From contig OX597819.1 in the NCBI GenBank assembly GCA_951406725.2, positions 48,112,001 to 48,176,000 of the forward strand: 64,000 bases of DNA. The letters run 5' to 3'. Position 1 is the stretch's first letter. Every line of letters begins with the position of its first letter. The stretch is from Octopus vulgaris. Taxonomy: Eukaryota. Made by a program: the position numbers and the translations under genes. Shown here piece by piece: positions 54,101 to 64,000 of this stretch. The notes below the pieces were generated by a model. It made no database searches and was not told the DNA's origin. It was given only the letters and a program-made list of their open reading frames with translations.

Positions 54101-55440
54101 GGAAAACAGCCTGCTCAATGATAACAACTAAACTGAACCAGAATATTCAATAAAACATTGAAGAGATTAGAAATAAAAGAGGTATTCAATCTTTCATTGA
54201 ATTAGAATATGCTATAATGATAGCTACAGTTCAGGTTTGACTTCACTTGCAAGAGAGTACAGAGTAAGGGACACAATGAAACAACATAAACACAGACAAC
54301 ACACGTATATGGACATATATAAATATATATTTCGTATATATATATATACTGAATAGACAACAATAAAAATAGACTTACTGTGAAGTATGCTATTGATAAT
54401 AGCATTTACAATAACTGATCAATGAATAACTAATAAAAGGCTCAAGAGTGTCCTTATGAACAACTACTTTTATAGAAATTTTGTATGACAACAACTAAAA
54501 CAAAATATATATTTTACAAACAGCAGATTAATAGTTAATTTATTTGGATTAGTTTGTACAAAAATTTATCAAAACTGTTATTCTCCAATTAGCAGATTCT
54601 GCTTGTAATTATAAAAGGTTTCAGTGAACAAAAAATATTCATAATTAGGCTTAAAGAAAAATTATGACAAAACAAACATGCGAACACATACAAAACAACA
54701 CATTATAAAATTTAAAAAGAAACAACTCAAGTTCAGCTTTACAAATAGTGTGTGTGTTTGTTTGTTTGTGTGTGTGTGTAAACAGAAAGAGAAAGGAAGA
54801 GAGAGAACTACTATCATCAATATATTTTATCATTAATATATTTGGATAACAAAACCAGTTTTCGAACTAGTTTATGTCTATATGACAGCCCACTCTGTGC
54901 ATTCGGCATTTTATTTCTATGCATATATAATTGATAACATTTTAATAATGCTCATTAATAAACAGCTTCAACAAAATAACAATATGGCTGTTATATTACT
55001 GTCAAACAGTATCCTTCAAATGACACTAGGAGAAATATCAGAGTTAACATCTTGAACTCATTAAATATATTAATATAAATAATATTAAAACTGTTGCACA
55101 TGTAAAAACAATATTTGAAAGAATAAAAAAAAAAAAACATTTCAAAATAATCAATATTGAAAACAATGAAAAATAGAAGTAAATTTTGTTATAGAGAATG
55201 AACTGTTAGTATAATTAGAAGAAATTGAGATGATAATCACATTAATTAAGAATAATCAAAAGAAACCAATCTTTAATCAACATCTACAATTTGTGCATGT
55301 ATGTGTGTGTGTGTGTGTATGAGAGCAATCTATTGTATTTCTCTAAAAAGAAAAAAAATTTTACTTTTTTTTTTCCTAGTAATATGAACTTAATATTAGA
55401 TTTCTTTAAAAATGATACATAGGGAAGAACAGTCACGAAC

Positions 55441-55452
55441 CTGTAGATCGAA
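55441..55452 (-). CDS. LASP1: Candidate 12-nt LASP microexon (V-R-S-T)
   Basis: Minus strand reads TTTTTTTCTTGTGCTACCCAG|TTCGATCTACAG|GTTCGT. Phase 1-1, with a TGC motif just upstream of the AG. Confidence 0.6.
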
Positions 55453-56108
55453 CTGGGTAGCACAAGAAAAAAAAAACGAAAAAAACATAGTAAATGGTAA
55501 AAATCAAAAGCATTCAAAATCAAATATATATATATATATATATTTATTATGTGTGTATACATTGCACACAAACACATACACACATTCTGAAAATTAAAGG
55601 AAATTCATTAAGAGCTAAAAACAAACATGATTATTTGAACTGCTACCAAACATCAGAAACAGAGGGCAACAACAGCTAATGAATGGAGGGAAATCTATAG
55701 AACTAATGGGTTATTTAATTTCTCTAATTATCTAACATCTCTATTTCTATTTCACTCGAAAGCAGTTGAATGAACAATAGCAACAGCAGCAACAAATGTT
55801 GTGGAGAGGGGGCAGATACTTGAGTCAACTAAGGTTTTTTACATACAGAATAATATATATGTATGAATGAATGAATGTATGTATGTATGTATACATGTGT
55901 CCATGTTTATTACAGAAAAATCTATTGGGCATACCACTAGTGAAATATTAACACACCAACTAATTCAATACAATTTTTTTTTTTTTGTTTGTTTCCTTTT
56001 ATGCTACTGGGAGAGATGTTCGGGAAGTCTAAACAGAAGCAGAAAAATGCCATGAAGCAACAATCAAGACAACACAGTTTTCCCAGCAGTGTGCAAGTGC
56101 TAACCAAC

Positions 56109-56156
56109 CTTTCTTAGATGACTTAGAACTTTCTTTGCCTTTGGCTACTTTTTCAA
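56109..56156 (-). CDS. LASP1: Candidate 48-nt LASP cassette exon (VEKVAKGKESSKSSKK)
   Basis: CTGTTTCTAG acceptor, AAG|GTTGGT donor, phase 1-1, open and purine-rich. Confidence 0.65.
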
Positions 56157-56476
56157 CTAGAAACAGTTCAAATCAAAATAAGGATGAAATCAGCAAGATC
56201 CCATGGATCCCATATTTTATATATGATTACAATGTAAAAAAACAAAAAACAAAACAAAAAAAAAAAAAAATTCTAACTAATTTACCCATATGCTTAAGGT
56301 CTATGATTTTAATTACTAATTATTGGTTTCAAACATTATTGATTTCTATTATTGGGACCATGCCATAAATTTGTGTAGTCCATCATCAGTTGAATTGATT
56401 CCAATACATAACTGAACATATTTACAAACCTGAATGTGTGTGGCAAGATTTGAACATTGAACATAGAAAACATTAA

Positions 56477-56689
56477 CCCTTTAGCATTTAAACTGGCCAT
56501 ATGAGGTCCGGACATTCTGTTTAATGTTCAAACTGGCTAGATCCAGCCTCATACCTACCTTACAATGCCATTCTAAAAATAAACGATCACATCATTGAAA
56601 TTTTGAAGCTATGAGATAATGCACGATAAATTAAAACCATGTGAATAAATATGCATTACATTTGACAATAAAATCTAAATGCTAAAGGG
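56477..56689 (+). mobile_element. Intact piggyBac-like MITE, family B (213 bp)
   Basis: Perfect 14-bp TIRs CCCTTTAGCATTTA / TAAATGCTAAAGGG with TTAA duplications at 56473-56476 and 56690-56693. Confidence 0.9.
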
Positions 56690-57753
56690 TTAAAAACTAA
56701 AAGGAATTCATTCCAGCACTGGTTATCATTTCTGCCATTTGAATGACAAAAATAAAATAATTCTAATTTCAGACATGGCCAAACTAGTTTGAAATTCAAT
56801 TCAAATTATTTATACTACAAAGATTAGAATATTAGAATATCTCTCCTTCAAAAAGTTGTTTACTTTCTGGCACAAAAAGACATTGGTGAACCAATTTATT
56901 TAGATTGTTACTAATGTTAAACCATAAAGTAATGTTCTCTCAACAGATTATGAAATAACTATGATTAATTTGCCAGATATCGACCACACGAGTACTTAGA
57001 TAGGATCAAACCTTTCATATGCAAACATTCTCTCAGCAAAAATATTTCTCAACTCTTTGATGTTGTTGGCTACTTAAGGTGCCAAGAAGGCCACTTGCAC
57101 AAATATTTGCTTTTGTTTTCCTTATCATTGATTCAGATATTATATATCTACATGAAGTATTATTATAATAGTTTGTCAAAAGATGTCTCACAGCATTATC
57201 ACAAAGCAGAAATGAATAGGATGTGCAAAGTTCTATGCTAAGTAATATCTGTCCCTCATTGTTGAATTTCCTTTAGTAGTTTTTTTTTTTGTTTTTCAGT
57301 GTAAGTATTAATTTGGTGGGGGCAATAATCATAAACAGAAAACATACATGGAATATTACTACTCAACTAGTGAAAACAGCAGATTGCAAGGAAAAAAATA
57401 TTTGCTTTAATGATAATTTTAAACATAATCATGACAAAGGAAGGAAAGCAATCTAACATATTTAGGAACCTAACAGACATTTTTTTCAATCTATATAATT
57501 TTAAAATTCAGTGCTAAGTGAAAATGAAGTTTGAACTAGATTAAATTTATCAAGTACTTCAAACTATTACACCTAAACATTAAAAACTTCTTGTCAAAGT
57601 GACAGCTTGAACAAGTGAAATTAATCACATATAATATTAAATTTGCTAAATGCAGTGAATCATTATTACAAAAGTCAATTTGAAGAGCTAGCTAAGCATT
57701 TGTGGGGAGAGAAAAAAGAAGCCAGGAGGCAGACTGCATGTGCTAAAACCAAC

Positions 57754-57789
57754 CTGTCTTAGCTGCTGAAGTATTTTTGGATTTGTCCA
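57754..57789 (-). CDS. LASP1: Candidate 36-nt LASP cassette exon (VDKSKNTSAAKT)
   Basis: TTTTTGGTTTTTTTAG acceptor, CAG|GTTGGT donor, phase 1-1, open. Confidence 0.7.
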
Positions 57790-57903
57790 CTAAAAAAACC
57801 AAAAAGCTAAATAATTAAACATGAGCTGATATTTTAAGACAGATGAAATCTATTATGATATCCAACAATGAAAGTTTGGAAGGGGAAAAAAATTATTACT
57901 TAC

Positions 57904-57912
57904 CCAGCTTCT
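57904..57912 (-). CDS. LASP1: Candidate 9-nt LASP microexon (E-K-L)
   Basis: TGTTTTTTAAG|AGAAGCTGG|GTAAGT. Consensus donor and phase 1-1, but the AAG acceptor is the less common type. Confidence 0.4.
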
Positions 57913-60711
57913 CTTAAAAAACATTTAGAACAATACATATAAACAATTTATGTTTAATCAAAAGTTGATTTACTTACAGAATAGAAAATTTAAAAATAAA
58001 AAAAAAATCAAATCAAAGAAACAATTGTTTGTTATGTTAGGAATCAAACAAAACATCACCATATCAAAAGAATATATAATGCAATTTAGACAGGCATCAG
58101 AGATAAGTCAAGAAATTTAAGCTTTCTAATACTATAAAGTCTATAAACATGTATACACACTTGGTTGAAAGATAAACTTTAGGATGTATACAACTGAAAG
58201 TTTATTAAAATGTTTTGAATATTTATCATGAATAAATTATGCGACAGCTTTACATAGATAAAACTCCAACAGAGCTATTTCAAAATCCAAGAACTGAGCA
58301 ACAATACTAAACTAGTTTTAAGTTGAGTGTTAGACAGCTAATTGCATTAAAAATTATTAAAAACTTGTGTACTGAGTCTGACCATCCCTTGCCCATCTCT
58401 GTTTCAGAAGTCAACAGAGTCTTCAATCATGTCAAAAGCAGACAGAGTAGATGCAAGTGTCCTGACTGCCAATCTGCACCTAAGCTAGGTAAACAGAATA
58501 TAAGCAATTCTTTATGGCAATATATAGACAGAAGCTCAAAATACTTAGTGTACAAGGCCTATAGGCTGGCCTTCAGCATCCAATAAAATATCTGTGTCAA
58601 TGAACTGCTCAGTTAGAGCTGACCAGGGCTATCCAATAACGGCCAGAGGGATTGATGGGTTCTTTCATATTCTTTATATATGATAATCACAAAGGATTCA
58701 AAATCAACTTATAAATAAGAGCCTACCAAGGATCTCACAATTAACAAATGAGAGAAGTGTGTATACATTTTTATCAGACATAGTGTATATTTTCTAAATA
58801 AAAACTATAAAAAAAACTTATCAAAGATACAGCTTTTTGTCTCAAACCACAATCATTAGACATAAAATGCTACATATTTATATAAACATTGTATGATACA
58901 CATTATAGTTGTAATAGAAGATCTTTTAAGCAATATTCCATTTGTAAATATAATAAAGTTTAATTCATTAGTGCTGGAGTAGATATTTTAGTGTAGAATG
59001 AATACATTTTTATGAATAATAGATATTTCCTCATAATCCAAAAATGGTTAATTTAGTATATGCTAAATTAATTTAACTTATTAATTTGGGTTATCAAAAA
59101 AATAAAAAAAATAAAATAAAGTGAAGTGAATTAAGTATGCAACAATGAAATAACTCTGAAATACATGTTGCTGTTTACTTCCAGCTTGGTCCTGATCAGA
59201 TAGAATTATGATAAAAGGCAATCCAGCCATGACCATCTCAGAGTTTTTTCAGAGACAGTGCATTTAGGACCACATAAGACAGCAGGGTTTGTGGCTTTAG
59301 GGATGTTTAGTTGTTATTTCTTGCAAGTCAAGCAACTGCTTAAAGGCTTTCAGTTAATATGTACATATATTCTATATTACAGAACTCTAGGGTAGTATTT
59401 AATAGCATGTTTTTATAGCAATTTGAATAATAAAATCTCCACAAATTTTTTTTTTTTTTTGCCAATTATAAATAGATTTATAAGATACAGAGCAGTAAAT
59501 TTTAAAAGTTATTTCTAACATATAGTGTTACATATTAATAATAATTAGAAAATTTTAAGTACAGTGAAATGAAGATTTTCACCAATGAAAAGTAATTCGG
59601 AAGAAAATGTGAAAATACAATGACCCCAAATACCACCAAGTGCATATTGCAGAAGAAATGCATAGAAAGGTAGTGCTAAGTGATAGGCAAGGTTCTGTCA
59701 GTGCAGTAAAGGAACACAACACTGGTACAAAAGAGACACTCTTTGAGCGGACAATGTTTACTAAAAGCATGGAAATGCCCTTTTCTCATCTTACCCCATT
59801 TATCATTAACAAAATGGCAGCAGCTCCATTATTTGTAACACATAAAAGGCTACCAAAATGTTTATAGATATAGTCAATTGATTTATATGAGAGGAAGGGG
59901 TGAGTCAACATGACTTCAGTTTGCTTAATGCTTGTGATATCAACCCTGGTGAGATTGACAAAATTGATTATGGCAGGACTGTTATGGAGGATAGAGAGAA
60001 ACCAGGCATTGCAATGCACCATATTCAGCTCACTACACTTTCTCAGCTGCCTTGAGTAAAATTCCAGAGAAGGTGAATGGGGTTAAGGCAATCATTTTAC
60101 AATACATCTTGGAATAAATCCCACAAATGCAACAAATTATCATCATTGTCTCACTGAGATTTAACATTCTTAAGAACTGCTTCAAGTTCAGCATATTCTT
60201 CGTCTACGTTTCTTTGACACTAAATCTAGACAAAAGCAGCCTTAAAACATTTCAGTGATAAAAAATAGAAAATGCCAGATAAATGGATTTCTGTTAACTT
60301 GAAGAAAAGAAAAAAAAGAAAAAATATATATTTTAATGGCAACATTTTGACTTCATTCTTAGTTAGCCACTCTAAAACTAATTTTATATATTAGCTTATT
60401 CTTCTACACATTTGACTTAGAATAGAAACTGTTTTATATATTTATGGAAAGATAAAAGTTTTTTTCCTTTTTTTCCAAAAAATCTTGCTTTTTATATACA
60501 GTGTATTGTCAATGAATTCTGTGTTGTTATATTCAGAACAATAAAGTTTACAGAGGAGTTTATAATTTGCTGTTGTGTGTGAATATGTGTATCATACAAA
60601 TAGAATATTGTTGACAATATTCTATAACAGAATTCAAAATAAACTTACTGACAACCAACATTGAGATTTATTAAAATATTTAACTGATAAATGTTTGGTT
60701 TCCAGACTCAC

Positions 60712-60912
60712 CTTGTCCAATTCTAGAATCATAAATGGTAGTGGCCTGGGACTTAGCAGAGTATGGGGAGCTGAATGATGAATTCTCTTGGTAGGGGTCG
60801 TAGTCACTGATCTTACCAGGTCGCCCAATGCTGCCAATTGTGGGGACCCCACTACCACCTCCACCAGCTGCAGCAGTAGTAGAAGACATAGGAGGAGGAG
60901 GAGGAAGACCAT
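60712..60912 (-). CDS. LASP1: LASP linker exon (DGLPPPPPMSSTTAAAGGGGSG...GKISDYDPYQENSSFSSPYSAK...DSRIGQ)
   Basis: CTCTTTGGTAG acceptor, AAG|GTGAGT donor, 201 nt, phase 1-1, second DYDP motif. LIM and nebulin-repeat exons are expected beyond the window end. Confidence 0.85.
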
Positions 60913-61596
60913 CTACCAAAGAGGTCAATGCAACAGAACAAAGTCAAGCTAACATTGGTAAGGCAATTAGGCTGCATGCAATTGAAAAGTCTCCCCAAGA
61001 TTTAAAAAAAAAAAAAAACAATGAAGAGAACTGCATACAAAGCTTTCTATCAGTGGCACAGTGATGTATAGTTGATATTAATTCATGATGATCTGATGCT
61101 GGAGTGGAGTGCACCGGGGGTGGGGGGATTACATAAGGATTTATTGCTTGGTTATAAAATTATTAAGTTAAACATGAATAAGATAAATTACTACAAGACC
61201 AAACATTAACTCCTTTGCAGACACAGTATATATTATGTTCAGCTTGCTATCAGGAAACCACATTGAAATCAATAATCTACACCCTTTAATGGCTGAAATG
61301 ATGTGCAGATAGTGTTTCCTTCTAAGAATATCATCCAATGAGAAAGAGATATGCATTATTTAAAAAAGAAAAGTGAAAAGAAAAAAAGAACTGTACCACA
61401 AAATAAGATAAAATAACAGTAAAAATAATAAATAATAATAATAATAAAACAGATCTAAACTTAACTAGCTGAGATTAAATTCCTCAGTGTTGTATACTTG
61501 TCTATATTCTGACTTTGCTACAGAGATAAAACAGAGGGGCATTATATCCAGTATATTTAAAACTAAATACTACAGTAAAAAGAAATAATTATCATA

Positions 61597-61750
61597 CATG
61601 GAGGCACAGCTATGTGGCTAAGAAGCTTACTCTGCAACCATGTGGTTTTAAGTTCAGTCCCACTGTGCAGCACCTTGGCCAAGTATTTTCTACTATAGCC
61701 CTGGACTGACCAATGTCTTATGAGTGAATTTGGAAGATGATAACTATGTT

Positions 61751-61783
<33 letters not shown>

Positions 61784-62180
61784 TTGTGTGTGCGCACATG
61801 CATGTGTGCGCACATGCATGTGTGCGTGCAATACCCTTCCTAATGCCAACCACTTTACAGCATGTAAAGTGGTTGGCATTAGGAAGGGCACCCAGCCTTT
61901 AAAACACCGTGCCAAAGCAGATATTGGAGTTTGGTGCAGTCATTGCACACATTAGACCCTATCAAACCATCCAACCCACAGCAACATGAATATTAAATAA
62001 TTATGTTGTGTGTGTGTTACCACCTCTGCCTCCACTTGACAACTGGTGTTTGTCCACATCCTGTAACAGAGTGGTTCAGTATAAGAAACCAATAGATGCA
62101 CTGGATTTCATTTGCTCAATTAAACCCTTCAAAGTAGTGTCCCAGCATGGCCACAGTCCAATAATTGAAACAAGTAAAAA
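61597..62180 (+). mobile_element. SINE family 1 with an RTE-tail repeat nested in its internal microsatellite
   Basis: Head 61597-61740 and tail ~62030-62180 match the 26201 SINE; 61870-61990 matches the 4465 repeat. Confidence 0.75.
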
Positions 62181-62497
62181 GTAACATATGGACATTCTTC
62201 TCAGAAGTTTTAAAGAACTAAATTTCAGTGACTACAAGTCAAAATTATTACAAAGAATATAAAATACTAAAAAATAGAACAAAATATTCTTTTGTTCTTT
62301 TTACTGGTCTCCGACACTGAACTGTGGTCATTCTGGAGGACCACTTTCATGTAGTAACTCAATCAATTTGAGCCTAGCACTTATCTCAAAATTTGGTACA
62401 CATTGTGTCATGCCCTTTTTTACTAATCCACTAAGTTAAGGAAATGTAAACAAGACAACACTGGCTATCAAATGGTGAGAGAGAGATACACACATAC

Positions 62498-62830
62498 ACA
62501 TCATCATCATCGTTTAACGTCCGTTTTCCATGCTAGCATGGGTTGGACAGTTTGACTGGGGTCTGGGAAGTCAGGAGGCTGCACCAGGCTCCAGTTTGAT
62601 CAAGCAGTGTTTCTACAGCTGGATGCCCTTCCGAACGCCAACCACTCCGTGAGTGTAATGGGTGCCTTTTATGTGCCACCGGCACAGGTGCCAGGGGAGG
62701 CTGGCAGCAGCCACGATCAGTTGGTGCTTTTTACATGCCACCGGCACAGAAGCCAGTCAAGGCGGCGGCGCTGGCATCGGCCACGTTTGGATAGTGCTTT
62801 TTACATGCCACCGGTACAGGTATCATAACT
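62498..62830 (-). mobile_element. SINE/RTE-tail repeat with three internal GTGCTTTTTACATGCCACCGG units
   Basis: (CAT)n tail, then the reverse complement of 4465-4607, then ~50-bp-spaced repeats. Confidence 0.8.
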
Positions 62831-64000
62831 ACAATTTCGATTTGGTATTTATTTTGATGTACTTGACTCAATAGGTCTCCTCAAGCACAGCAGGTCACCC
62901 TATGATCCAAGGTCGTTCTGCAATCCAAGGTACTTTGGATGGGCTATGCGAAATTGGTGCAGGACACATATATATTATAATGGATGTCTGTCCAGTTTCT
63001 GTTTATTAAAATTATTCAATACATTGGTTAGTCCAGATTACTCAGTAAGGAGCATATGACTAGTTTCCTGGTTTCTCTGGCATATATACCCCTTCCTAGA
63101 AAGGACAGGAAATGAAGCATTTTATTAAATAACACAATGCATCCCCCAGTTCGGGAATTGAAACCGTAATCTTATGATCATGAGTCAAACACCCTAATCA
63201 CTAAGCCATGTACCTCTTCTATACAATGTCTATGCCTCCATATAAATAAATGTTTTTCTTTAGAAGAGTGCTTGTTACTTTCAACTATTATTAAATACAT
63301 CTATTCAAGATGAAAGAAGAACCAACAAACCGTTTTAATTACGAAGAGACTGGTTAACAGACAGAACTGTTGTTTCAAACCACTGTTTTTCAACAGAAAA
63401 TGAATGCCAAATCTTAAAGTAGAATGAACCAATCTTCTTGGCTATGGTACAGAACTGTTTCTGGAAACTGATATCAAGTTCCAGAGGATTTATCAATTTG
63501 TAAATATTCTATTTGATCAGCTAGCTCTATGTCACTTTCTTCTTGGACAAGATAAATCAATCTCAAGAACTAACAAAAGAGTATAGGAGCAAAAACATTA
63601 AAAAAAAACCCAGGATGGTATATTCTTGTTGATTATATTTAGCTCCTCCTCAGTTCAAATAGAGAAGACTTATGAGACATTCCAGCTATGACCATCCTGT
63701 CTTTGTATGAATGCCATGTGAGTGAAATTTGGTAGATAGAGTCTGTACAAAAACCTGTCATGTGTATGTGTGGAGGGAAATATGTGTGCATGCATGTGCA
63801 CACACATGTGTGTGTGTGAGAGAGAAACTCCTACCCACCATTTTAAGCTTACTCATGTAAACTGGTGTGTTAAGCTCCATCCCTTTATATCAGAAAGGCA
63901 ATTCAGGCATTTGATAGAAAAAGATCAATAAAATATGTCTCAAGCCGAAGTACTAGTGTTGATACGATTGACTAAGATCCTTGAAAATGGCACCACAACA

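Noticed and set aside
60634-61064. Alternative-frame and antisense ORFs over the LASP linker exon
   Set aside because: They are shadows of the GC-rich real exon 60712-60912, whose frame is fixed by splice phase.

Overview
AT-rich eukaryotic (animal) genomic DNA. The SINE and microsatellite landscape resembles octopus (coleoid cephalopod) genomes; this is an inference, not a checked identification. Two intron-rich genes converge tail-to-tail. On the + strand are the last 7 coding exons of an Enhancer of polycomb (EPC1/2, NuA4/TIP60 subunit) orthologue, 671-19064, ending in ...VPMDVT*. On the - strand is the 3' part of a LASP/nebulette-family gene: linker exons with two 'DYDP' motifs plus a C-terminal SH3 exon, 60912-36972. 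Its long 'intron' contains a cluster of short, frame-preserving phase-1 exons and microexons that the ORF track misses. Two long, apparently TE-free, oppositely skewed 3'UTR-like blocks meet at a palindromic AATAAATTTATT (32494-32505), a candidate bidirectional poly(A) signal. Introns hold tRNA-derived SINEs, RTE LINE fragments, a Tc1 remnant, TTAA-specific piggyBac-like MITEs, a Merlin/MULE-like foldback with an 8-bp TSD, a Helentron-like element, long hairpins and large microsatellites. Most ORFs in the supplied track are microsatellite or chance artefacts. No CRISPR array, rRNA or genuine tRNA gene was seen.
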